Of a DNA stretch of 56,366 nucleotides, positions 18,748 through 26,884 are shown in pieces. Under the pieces are notes generated by a model. That model had not been told where the DNA came from. It was given only the letters and a program-made list of their open reading frames with translations, and did no database searches. The position numbers and the translations under genes were made by a program. The stretch is from an uncultured bacterium (lineage in GTDB: Bacteria; Krumholzibacteriota; Krumholzibacteriia; Krumholzibacteriales; Krumholzibacteriaceae), in contig CBDUUV010000001.1 of assembly GCA_965370495.1 (NCBI GenBank), positions 1-56,366 on the forward strand, given 5' to 3'. Position 1 is the first letter of the stretch; every line of letters starts with the position of its first letter.

Positions 18748-20234
18748 TTCAGCTCCTTAATTCTTTTGATCTGTTTTTCGGCTTCATCGGCCAGTTCGGT
18801 TTCCGCGTATCTTTCGATACAGTTTTGGAGGATCTGAACAGCTTTTTCAGTGTCACCCAGTTCATTTTCGTGAATGGAAGCTGCCATAAGGAAACTCTGC
18901 CCGAACTTGTGATAATCCGGGTATTTTGCGGGAAGGGAGAGAAGATATGAGGCAGCCTCGGCCCATTTCCCCTGCAGGGTGAGAGCACGAACGTAGTACT
19001 CCTCGGCCATGATACGTATGCCGGGGTTATACCGGGCGGAAGCAAGTTTCTGATAATGTTCCATCGCTTTGCTGAATGCGCCATCCGCCGCGTTCTTTTC
19101 GCCCTGGTCCACGAAGTGCGACGCTATCCTGAGTGGTGATTCCATCCCCTGAATGGTGCCCGGGAACCTGGTATAAACAGATTTATAATACAGTGAGGCA
19201 TCGATCCATTTTCCTTCCGATTCCGCAATATTGGCGAGTTGCCATGTTGCTTCTGTGACCCCGTTATCGGTATCTTCGTGTTCGTCGATGATCCTGCTGT
19301 ATATTTCCCCTGCTTTCGATAGTCTCTCCGCCTGGAGGTGGATTCCCGCGACCATCAGGAGAGCTGATACAGCTTCCGGCGATCCCGGGTAGTTTTCATC
19401 GATTGACTCGAAGGTCTTTATCGCCCTGGCCGGCTGAGCGAACCCGTTCAACTCGATCTTTCCTTTCAGGAATAACAGGGGTGGCAAGTCGGCGGCGTTG
19501 TCATAGGTCTCTTCCATTTTCTGTATCAGGTCGAAAGCCTTCGTCCATTTCTGTCCCTGGAGGCAGGCGGTGATCAGGTTAAAACTCATTTCCCTGATCA
19601 GTGACGAATCACTCGCGGTGGTGATGATATGTTCATATAACTTTTCTGCTTCACCAAGCCATTTTGATGATTTCGCACCGGATAATGAGTTGGAATACAG
19701 AGTCGCAAGCCTGATCGGTACGAGAAGATACCTTCTGTTCATTATGGCTGTTTTTCCGGCTTCCTGAAAACTCAGAAACTCACCTGAAAATTGCTCGAAA
19801 AGTGAAATTGCGTCCACGTGGTTGCCGGCCTGTTCAGATAAATACGCGGATGACCAGAGGGCGTTGGCTCTCGCCTTTGGAATATTCGACGCGAGAGTGT
19901 AAGCTTTCCGGAAATCGTTTATGGCGTCTTTGAGTAATTCCGCGCGGAATTCAAGCTCTGCCAGTTCTATCTGTGCGGATACGATTACTGTTTCCATCCC
20001 ATCGATCTTGCCTGAATAAGATGAATAGTTGTTTACGACCGACCGGTAGCTTTCCAGGGTTCTGCCGAGAAACTCGCGATCCATGGAAGCGAGCGTTAGT
20101 TCGTCATTCAATCTTCTTGCTTCGAAAAGGGCTTTCTCGGCATTGTACAGTTTCTTTTTTTCTCCCCCTGTACAGGCGATGAAAAACAAAAGGGTAACCA
20201 GGAAAAACATCCCGGTTGTTTTTCTGACTCTCAT
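18744..20234 (-). CDS. TPR-repeat lipoprotein (PrsT-like, but shorter)
   Basis: The lipoprotein signal reads MRVRKTTGMFFLVTLLFFIAC, followed by repeated TPR-like helices. It sits immediately upstream of prsK, as in XrtA loci. The ORF is open to 20282. Confidence 0.6.
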   Translation of the reverse strand: MRVRKTTGMFFLVTLLFFIACTGGEKKKLYNAEKALFEARRLNDELTLASMDREFLGRTLESYRSVVNNYSSYSGKIDGMETVIVSAQIELAELEFRAELLKDAINDFRKAYTLASNIPKARANALWSSAYLSEQAGNHVDAISLFEQFSGEFLSFQEAGKTAIMNRRYLLVPIRLATLYSNSLSGAKSSKWLGEAEKLYEHIITTASDSSLIREMSFNLITACLQGQKWTKAFDLIQKMEETYDNAADLPPLLFLKGKIELNGFAQPARAIKTFESIDENYPGSPEAVSALLMVAGIHLQAERLSKAGEIYSRIIDEHEDTDNGVTEATWQLANIAESEGKWIDASLYYKSVYTRFPGTIQGMESPLRIASHFVDQGEKNAADGAFSKAMEHYQKLASARYNPGIRIMAEEYYVRALTLQGKWAEAASYLLSLPAKYPDYHKFGQSFLMAASIHENELGDTEKAVQILQNCIERYAETELADEAEKQIKRIKELK

Positions 20235-20278
20235 ATGTTCCTCCATCCAGGTTATTTCATCGTTATTGGCTGCAAGCA

Positions 20279-21175
20279 TCATCCCCGTTTTTTACCGATT
20301 TTCTGCAAATAGATTATCGTTGCTCCAGAGATCATAAGGTATGTCGCGGCCATTTCCATGGTGGAAGCGATGACATTGTTATATACGATAAAATCGGGAG
20401 AAAGCTGTGCAATGATCAATTCAGCTTTGAGGCTGATAAATGTTGTCGGCAAAGTCAGGATGAAAGGGATAAGTACAAGCAGAAACGTAGTGGAAGCGAA
20501 TTCCCACATGACGCGAAAACTTCCGGCGATCGCTTTCATACAGCCCGAACCACGAAGAATAATGATAGGTATCGAAAAAAGAAATAATGCCTGAAAAAGC
20601 AGGGCGGCAAGAATACCTGACGTATAGACAGCGATTCCCGGTATGCCTTGCAGATTTCCCGATATGTTCCTTGCAAGTTTGAGAGACAGGAATATGGCGG
20701 TAGAAACAGCCAGGGCGACAAGCAGTAATCTCAGGTAGTTCTTAAAGGATGTTCTGAACCCATCGAAGATGGACAGGGTGTTTCCACTCCAGGCCGCTGA
20801 TACAAGGAATACCGTTGCTCCCTGGAAGATGATATTTACAATAATGTCGAGAAGTATACCGAAACGCTCGAGAACAGGCTGCATAAAGATTATATGACCG
20901 GGGAAATGGCCGAAGTCGGCAGGCGAGATCCCCTTGATAAAAATCGCCCAGAATGAAGTCATCGGGCCATCGAGACTGGCCAGGTACAGAGCCAGCACGC
21001 CGAGCTGCAATGCAAGGAACAAAACCGAGGGAATGGCCACCTTGATGTTCTGAAGCATGTGGGTTGACATGTAGAATGCCTTGAAAGCTCTTTTCAACCC
21101 ATGCGCGAGATTGAACCTCTCTTTGGAATTCGGGGTTTCTGTTATGATCATATCAGGCATTTGGTCTCGTTTCAT
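20279..21175 (-). CDS. Uncharacterised polytopic inner-membrane protein
   Basis: The 298-aa product has about 7 predicted TM helices and no family motif that I recognise. Its ATG overlaps the EpsI TGA as ATGA. Confidence 0.6.
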   Translation of the reverse strand: MKRDQMPDMIITETPNSKERFNLAHGLKRAFKAFYMSTHMLQNIKVAIPSVLFLALQLGVLALYLASLDGPMTSFWAIFIKGISPADFGHFPGHIIFMQPVLERFGILLDIIVNIIFQGATVFLVSAAWSGNTLSIFDGFRTSFKNYLRLLLVALAVSTAIFLSLKLARNISGNLQGIPGIAVYTSGILAALLFQALFLFSIPIIILRGSGCMKAIAGSFRVMWEFASTTFLLVLIPFILTLPTTFISLKAELIIAQLSPDFIVYNNVIASTMEMAATYLMISGATIIYLQKIGKKRG

Positions 21176-21831
21176 CAGGGAGCCGTGGCGCCTCCATCCA
21201 ATACAGACATGATGCCAGGGGTTATAGCCTCGATGAATTCTGTCATCATCATTCTGTCCTCATCGCTATTCCCGGCAATAACCATCGAAAAGCGTATGAA
21301 CGCGGCAGCTTGCGGTTTCGAAAGGAGGCCGCTGCGCATCTGCTGATATTTCAGGGCGAATTCGTTGGGGATCACCCTGCCCTTCATGCTGAACCAGTAA
21401 ACTACGAGTTTCCTCACCTGTCCATCTGAAATGACAAGTTGTTTTACCTTTCGGGTGTTTTTTCCAAACCGGATGTTGATGGTCCCCTCATCTATTATAT
21501 CCCAGCCGGAACCGGGGTAGCAATGTTTGGGAGAATGTATCTGTGAATTTTCCTGCTGCCTGGCAAAATATCCGAGGAATAATTCAATATTTCTTCCCGA
21601 TTCTCCAATGTACGATCTCGCTATCGTGACGTCTGCTCCGAGAAGGCGAAGGGATTCCGGCTCGATATATTCTTCTATAGCATTATATGCAAGTGCTTTT
21701 CCGGGAATCAGGTCCAGAACCGGGTTGTCCGGTTCCTCGATATGCCTGTAACGAAGCATATATGTGTAACCGGTCAACAGGCCAAGCATCACGATCAGCA
21801 CTATCAACCTGGATGTTTTTACCTTGTCCAT
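21175..21831 (-). CDS. epsI: EpsI-family exosortase-associated protein
   Basis: There is an N-terminal TM anchor and the hallmark HSPKHCYPGSGW motif. The gene overlaps the exosortase stop. The ORF is open to 21849. Confidence 0.8.
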   Translation of the reverse strand: MDKVKTSRLIVLIVMLGLLTGYTYMLRYRHIEEPDNPVLDLIPGKALAYNAIEEYIEPESLRLLGADVTIARSYIGESGRNIELFLGYFARQQENSQIHSPKHCYPGSGWDIIDEGTINIRFGKNTRKVKQLVISDGQVRKLVVYWFSMKGRVIPNEFALKYQQMRSGLLSKPQAAAFIRFSMVIAGNSDEDRMMMTEFIEAITPGIMSVLDGGATAP

Positions 21832-22673
21832 TTCAGTATCCCCGCGCAAAGCATCAGGAGAAGCAGGCCGGCCATGAATACTATGAGCCCGGAGATCTCA
21901 TGCAGTATCCCATCGGCGAATTGCGGCCCGATCGTATAGGCTCCCAGAGCCGTTACTGTCAAACGGATAGTATTGGCGACTATTGCGACAGGAATTGCGC
22001 AGGCCACAAGTATTATCTTTCTTATATTTGAAAATCCTGAAAAAGCGGCAAAGATCAGCGCGAGGGTGACCATCGTCATGAGGGAACGGAGCCCGCTGCA
22101 GGCAGCGATTACTTCCAGGGTGTATCCAGGCAGCAGCAGGATATTTCCTTTCCTTACAACGCTGACGTTGATGATATCAAGCATGCCGGCGCTGAATCGC
22201 GCGCTCATGATCTGCATGGGAAAAGTGATCTTGTAATATATGATATACGGCAAAGGTATCATCATCAGCAGAAAGAGCAGGGGAAAGGCGGCATTTTTTG
22301 CAAAGTTGGTTCCCATCAGGAAAAACGTGATGCCCAGAAGCAGCAGGGGGAGAGAAATCCTGGCTGCAAAGAGTTCGGAAGCGGCTGTTCCCGCTACAAG
22401 AAGCGCCACCGAGATGAATATGATGATAAGGCCGGGAATAGCCCCTCCACCGCCCGTGCTGGTTTTGAGCCGTGCGCGGCGTTTCCAGAGGAGGATGGCC
22501 GACACAAAAGGGATAAGGATGCCATGCTGGTAATTGGGATCATTCATCCATTGGTCAAAGAGACTGGTCAGTACAGGGAAATAGGCTGCTGCCAGCAGGA
22601 GGACGCCTGTACCGGCAAGCAGCAGCCTGGCAGCGGATTTTTCTCTTTGTGCCTGATCGGCGGTCTCTGACAA
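21819..22673 (-). CDS. xrtA: Exosortase (XrtA-like transpeptidase)
   Basis: The catalytic motifs are AACSGLRSL (Cys), NTIRLT (Arg) and HEISGL (His), with N-terminal DPNYQHG. The longest ORF starts at GTG 22799, but that region holds a terminator hairpin and a sigma-54 promoter. I therefore place the start at TTG 22673, preceded by GGAGGA with 6-nt spacing. Confidence 0.8.
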   Translation of the reverse strand: MSETADQAQREKSAARLLLAGTGVLLLAAAYFPVLTSLFDQWMNDPNYQHGILIPFVSAILLWKRRARLKTSTGGGGAIPGLIIIFISVALLVAGTAASELFAARISLPLLLLGITFFLMGTNFAKNAAFPLLFLLMMIPLPYIIYYKITFPMQIMSARFSAGMLDIINVSVVRKGNILLLPGYTLEVIAACSGLRSLMTMVTLALIFAAFSGFSNIRKIILVACAIPVAIVANTIRLTVTALGAYTIGPQFADGILHEISGLIVFMAGLLLLMLCAGILKWTR

Positions 22674-22767
22674 GGAGTATCCTCCATACAAGCAAACAAG
22701 TAAGACGGAAGGAGTTCTACCGAGAATTTTATAGCCTTTTTCATTGGTAACGGCAAGCTTTATAAAC

Positions 22768-22783
22768 AGCAAAAGGAATGCCA
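22768..22783 (-). promoter_or_regulatory. Sigma-54 (-24/-12) promoter for the exosortase operon
   Basis: The minus-sense sequence is TGGCATTCCTTTTGCT with consensus spacing. It lies 1 nt after the terminator T-tract and about 96 nt upstream of TTG 22673. Confidence 0.65.
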
Positions 22784-22784
22784 C

Positions 22785-22816
22785 AAAAAAAGCGGACACC
22801 GGTTTCCGGCGCCCGC
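22785..22816 (-). terminator. Rho-independent terminator after the PEP-CTERM gene
   Basis: The minus-sense sequence is AAAGCGGGCGCCGG-aaa-CCGGTGTCCGC followed by TTTTTTT. It begins 29 nt downstream of the PEP-CTERM stop codon. Confidence 0.8.
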
Positions 22817-22844
22817 TTTATCGAATGCATTTGTATCGAACGGC

Positions 22845-23573
22845 TCAGCTGTTCCTTTTCTTCCTGAGCAGGGGTGCTATGCCGAGCAGCCCAAGGCCGA
22901 GCAGGCTCAGTGTGCCGGGCTCCGGTGTAGCGAAATAACTTGAATCGTGGCAGTACGAGTTCGTGTAGGTCCTGCCCTTTGAATCAACTCCGATGGCATC
23001 GAAGTGTGTCCATTCAAAACCCCTTACAACGACGTTGAGAAGAATCTCGTCCCCCCAGCCCGGGCTGTGGATTATGCCGTGATCATATTGCCACGCGCCG
23101 ACCTGCTGGTTCCCGATCCTTCCGATCTCCTGGAAATTAAATTTTCCAAGATTGGCCGGGGGCATGGAACGCAGGTACCAGGCTGGAGTCGCCTCCATAG
23201 GCACAGCGTCTCCATACACGTAGAAAGAGTTGATTTCGACACCGTTTATCCAGATGGTTCCTGACTGATTGATTGGTACGCTGATCGCAACATAACAATC
23301 CATGTAATCGTATACCGGAGCATTCAACCCGCGGGTTTTGATCACTGCCCCACCGCCAAATTCTGACGAAACATCGACCGAACCCCAGTACCCGACAACC
23401 TTGAGGTCGAATTCCTGAGAGCTCGTAATCCAGGATTTGCTGTCGATACTGTTGTAGCGGTACGAATAGTCTGAATCTACTATATAGGTTTGCAGCCTGG
23501 GTACCGCCAGGGCCGAGCCGGCAAGCACGGCGACCATCAATACAGTCAATGTCAGAAGATAGGTCTTTTTCAT
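22845..23573 (-). CDS. PEP-CTERM sorting-domain protein (exosortase substrate)
   Basis: The protein has an N-terminal signal peptide (LAGSALA) and a canonical C-terminus TPEPGTLSLLGLGLLGIAPLLRKKRNS, made of PEP, a TM helix and a basic tail. Confidence 0.9.
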   Translation of the reverse strand: MKKTYLLTLTVLMVAVLAGSALAVPRLQTYIVDSDYSYRYNSIDSKSWITSSQEFDLKVVGYWGSVDVSSEFGGGAVIKTRGLNAPVYDYMDCYVAISVPINQSGTIWINGVEINSFYVYGDAVPMEATPAWYLRSMPPANLGKFNFQEIGRIGNQQVGAWQYDHGIIHSPGWGDEILLNVVVRGFEWTHFDAIGVDSKGRTYTNSYCHDSSYFATPEPGTLSLLGLGLLGIAPLLRKKRNS

Positions 23574-23641
23574 GTCTGCTCCTTTGAGATGTCGAAATTT
23601 CTTATAAATTACTTCAAAATGTAAATCTCACCGTATAATAA

Positions 23642-23657
23642 CGCAAGCTGTATGCCA
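23642..23657 (-). promoter_or_regulatory. Sigma-54 (-24/-12) promoter for the PEP-CTERM gene
   Basis: The minus-sense sequence is TGGCATACAGCTTGCG with perfect consensus spacing. It lies about 70 nt upstream of the ATG at 23573. Confidence 0.7.
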
Positions 23658-23812
23658 TTTTCTCGCGTTTGTATCCTCCCGTAAAGTAACAAGTTAAGCA
23701 GGAGCCCGGTTGGGAATTTTCCCCCATGGGGAAACGTGTAAAGAATTCCGACATTTTTCCGTTTCCTTCGCCCGGGTACATCGATCCGGGCCTGAGCTGC
23801 ACAAGGCCTGTC

Positions 23813-24415
23813 CTAACGTCTTTTTCTTGTACGGGAAGAACCGAGGTTTCCGATAGACGAAACCCTGCTTCTTCTCGAGCTGCTGCTGAATCTGGTGCCG
23901 ATCTTCGGGTGGCTTCTTTCGGATCCGCTGCGTACGCTGCCGTTTCGGTTGAATTTCACGAAGTTGGTTGGCAAGCGTCTGTTTCCGCCACGCCCGGCAC
24001 TCGCCGGATTGCGGAGTATACCAGTTCCACGGGAGGCGCCGTTGCGGCCCCTGCTTGTCAAAGGCATGAAAGCTCCAGAGATACCCTTATGGATATACCC
24101 GGAGGTATTGAGCCGGCTGTCCCACCTTTTTCCATAACGGTGCATCTGTCCATGTCCACTGCTGGAAGAACCGCTGGTGGAAGAACCATGGAAAGTCCAG
24201 GTGCTGCGGCTGGTGAGAGCCGTGCCGCGGGTACCTGTTAACCCTGAAGGTGTTTTGCCGACCATATCCTGCCATGTTCTGTCTATGGCTGTGCTTTGGC
24301 TCCAGGCCCGCTGTGAGAAATTGGTATTCCCTTTCGCGCAGGCATCGCCCGTTACTAAAAATGAAGGATTGATTACAATAACCAGCAACGCGATCGTTGC
24401 GATCAGGTAACGCAT
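23813..24415 (-). CDS. Secreted, highly basic Ser/Gly/Arg/Thr-rich low-complexity protein (hypothetical)
   Basis: An AAGGAAG RBS and ATG at 24415 precede the Sec signal MRYLIATIALLVIVINPSFLVTGDACA. The mature part is dominated by S, G, R and T and ends in SSRTRKRR. An alternative plus-strand ORF (23726..24241) lacks an RBS and a signal peptide. Confidence 0.55.
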   Translation of the reverse strand: MRYLIATIALLVIVINPSFLVTGDACAKGNTNFSQRAWSQSTAIDRTWQDMVGKTPSGLTGTRGTALTSRSTWTFHGSSTSGSSSSGHGQMHRYGKRWDSRLNTSGYIHKGISGAFMPLTSRGRNGASRGTGILRNPASAGRGGNRRLPTNFVKFNRNGSVRSGSERSHPKIGTRFSSSSRRSRVSSIGNLGSSRTRKRR

Positions 24416-24624
24416 AATAACTTCCTTATATCTATCTGAATTCGGAAAAGCAAAAAAATGCGGATTTAGACCATATAACAATTGTTACGCAGAGAATAAG
24501 AAGAGGAGAGATTCTTCTTGTTTACTGACATGATTCTATCATATCCCGCCTGGTCTGTCAAGTTTGGGAAGCCGAATTGCCGGGATGGTATGTGAAAAGC
24601 GCGCAAAATAGCAGGTATGCAACA

Positions 24625-25380
24625 TTAATAATCACTTGATTGCAGTTTACTTATCCGTGATAAAAATTCATCATATTCAATTGCTTTTACTTCAAAAAGA
24701 CCTTTTTTCTGGCCCTGTAATACTTCTTTAACTATGTCGACCATTGTATCCTGATATAATTTAATATCAGTTTGATTTACAGAATCAGGATTTTTATCAA
24801 AAGCAAGTTCAACTTTCCAGAGTCTGTCCATCAGTTCGTTTCCAATGAGTAAATGTTTGCTGTACACAATGTGGACAGCCTTCTTTCGCGGATGATAGCC
24901 AATATAATAGTGATATACCCTTTTGGGAGAAATTATAGTCTCATCAATGAAGTAATGATTTTTTTCAGGATTATTTCTTCGTATACATCCCAGAACATAG
25001 GCAATTACATCGCTTACAGTATGGTCTCTACTACTAATAAGTGTAAACCCGTCTTTTTCCAGGGATTTTACGGGCCCTTTTATTAAATCTGTAGCTATCT
25101 GAGAAATACGATATCCTCCCGCACCGCATAAACAGACATGCCCTAAAAAACAACTTACATCGTTAAAGCTGGTTTCTATTATTTCTTGATCAGGGGGATA
25201 ACTTCCTGCCAGAATTCCATGATGATAATGAAAAAGTACAGGCGGAATATCATAGATGAAATCGTATTTTTTGTTCCAGGGTGATTCGTTATTATTTGTT
25301 TGTGAATCAAAAAATAAACAAGAGCTAAGTAATAACAGTAAGCCCAAGGCACTGATTTTAAATATTTTGTATTTTTTCAT
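24625..25380 (-). CDS. Lipoprotein with an FmdE-like motif (hypothetical), in a low-GC gene
   Basis: The lipoprotein signal reads MKKYKIFKISALGLLLLLSSC. FLGHVCLCGAGGYRIS and VSDVIAYVLGC resemble the FmdE-domain HGHxCPGxxxGxR and GC motifs. The gene is much more AT-rich than its neighbours. Confidence 0.45.
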   Translation of the reverse strand: MKKYKIFKISALGLLLLLSSCLFFDSQTNNNESPWNKKYDFIYDIPPVLFHYHHGILAGSYPPDQEIIETSFNDVSCFLGHVCLCGAGGYRISQIATDLIKGPVKSLEKDGFTLISSRDHTVSDVIAYVLGCIRRNNPEKNHYFIDETIISPKRVYHYYIGYHPRKKAVHIVYSKHLLIGNELMDRLWKVELAFDKNPDSVNQTDIKLYQDTMVDIVKEVLQGQKKGLFEVKAIEYDEFLSRISKLQSSDY

Positions 25381-25506
25381 AGTGTTGATTTCTATTCAGT
25401 ATTGAGTAATTGAAACAACAAATTTTATTCGAATGTACCCCAGCCTCAGCGGCAAGTCAATCCTGAAGGAGGCCATGGCTTCGATATCCGGGCAACTTCC
25501 TGAAAA

Positions 25507-26835
25507 CTACGGTCTTTCTTCCAGGCTTGATTCGACTATCTGCGGCTTTCCTGAAGGACTGGGGTCAATCTTCGAAACCTCTTCGAAAAGGATCTCGAAG
25601 GGTTCCTGAATATAATCGGTTATCTTTTTCTTCACACTCTCGAGAATGCCGGGAGAGAAATTCCTGTCACGGATATATTCTATCGTTATGCCGCCGATCT
25701 CTTTCTGGACCACTCTGAATTGTCTGATTTCCGGTATATGTTCAAAAATGGCCGTAAAGAAATGCACAATCATGTACTTGCCTGATCCAGTGCGGACAAT
25801 ATCAGTGTCTCTTCCGATAACTTTTTCCAGTATGGGAAAATTCAATTCACGGCCTTCCGGATATTTTTCGGCTGGCAGTTTCACTGCCAGATCTCCCAGG
25901 TAATAACGGATCAGGGGCATCGAATAACCGTCGAGTCGCGTTACCAGGACATACCCCATCTCGCCATCGGGGACCTTGTTTCCCTCTTTGTCCACTATTT
26001 CGAGAAAGACATGGGGACTCATGATATACATGAATTCAAGATCTTTCTGAGCGGCGATGCGCAAACCTTCACCACATCCGTATGTTTCGAAAACCCTGGT
26101 CGAAAAAGCGGATTCGATCGCTTTGCGATAATGCGGAAACAATTTATCGCCCCAGGCGATTACAGTTCTGAAACCGATCCTGTTTTCCATCTTTTTCATG
26201 GCGACCAGCGCGATCGGATATAAAGAGGATGCGTAGCCTGCCAGAGAGAATCCGGAAGAACGATCAACGGTTTTCAGAAATCTTTCTATATATGATTCGG
26301 AATAATTATAGGCGGTAACATATTTCGTTCTGAAAAAAAGATCTTTAAGAGCTTTTCTAAAACCCCGGCCTGGTGTCATCCCGGTCTGGATCAGCCTGTC
26401 GCCTATCCTGTATCCGGCCCACTCCCACCAGAGCATCTGTATAGCGTTCGATATTGACTCTTCACCTTTATCCACAAATACCCTGGTCTGAACCCCCGAT
26501 GAGCCGCTACTGACATGAGGGATCAATCTCTCCCTGCTCTTGCATACCAGCCTGTCCTCATTTTCCTTGATTTCCGTTTTCCTCAGGATCGGGAAATTCC
26601 TGACCCACCTGCGGGGATCCTCGTCGAATTCAATTTTCATATCCCGGTAATATGGGATGTTTTTGGTCGAATGATCGAGGACCGCTTTCAGATTGCGGTG
26701 TTGTATAGCTGATATCTCGCCGGCTGACAAATGCTGTATCTTTCTCCAGTTGCTGAGCTGGTGCATGAATGATGTCCCGAAAAGGAGATCACCGGCAGGC
26801 AATATAGCTTTTTCCAGAATCAGGTTATACAGCAT
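25507..26835 (-). CDS. Phenylacetate-CoA ligase family / CapK-like adenylate-forming enzyme
   Basis: The N-terminus LILEKAILPAGDLLFGTSFMHQLSNWRKIQHLS..IQHRNLKAVLDHSTKNIPYYRD and the SSGSSG P-loop-like motif are typical of CapK/PaaK-like enzymes in polysaccharide loci. Confidence 0.7.
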   Translation of the reverse strand: MLYNLILEKAILPAGDLLFGTSFMHQLSNWRKIQHLSAGEISAIQHRNLKAVLDHSTKNIPYYRDMKIEFDEDPRRWVRNFPILRKTEIKENEDRLVCKSRERLIPHVSSGSSGVQTRVFVDKGEESISNAIQMLWWEWAGYRIGDRLIQTGMTPGRGFRKALKDLFFRTKYVTAYNYSESYIERFLKTVDRSSGFSLAGYASSLYPIALVAMKKMENRIGFRTVIAWGDKLFPHYRKAIESAFSTRVFETYGCGEGLRIAAQKDLEFMYIMSPHVFLEIVDKEGNKVPDGEMGYVLVTRLDGYSMPLIRYYLGDLAVKLPAEKYPEGRELNFPILEKVIGRDTDIVRTGSGKYMIVHFFTAIFEHIPEIRQFRVVQKEIGGITIEYIRDRNFSPGILESVKKKITDYIQEPFEILFEEVSKIDPSPSGKPQIVESSLEERP

Positions 26836-26884
26836 GGTAATTGATCAGTTCTCACTAAATATCTTTAAGATCCGACTTCGAGTT

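Noticed and set aside
22674-22799. The N-terminal 42 codons of the longest exosortase ORF (GTG at 22799).
   Set aside because: The stretch contains a strong intrinsic terminator hairpin with T7 and a sigma-54 promoter. A downstream TTG with a GGAGGA RBS gives a normal-length exosortase N-terminus.
23726-24241. An alternative plus-strand 171-aa ORF lies opposite the Ser/Gly/Arg-rich gene.
   Set aside because: It has no RBS and no signal peptide or other motif. It would also run through the sigma-54 promoter/UAS region of the PEP-CTERM gene. The minus-strand frame has an RBS and a clean Sec signal. Confidence remains moderate only.
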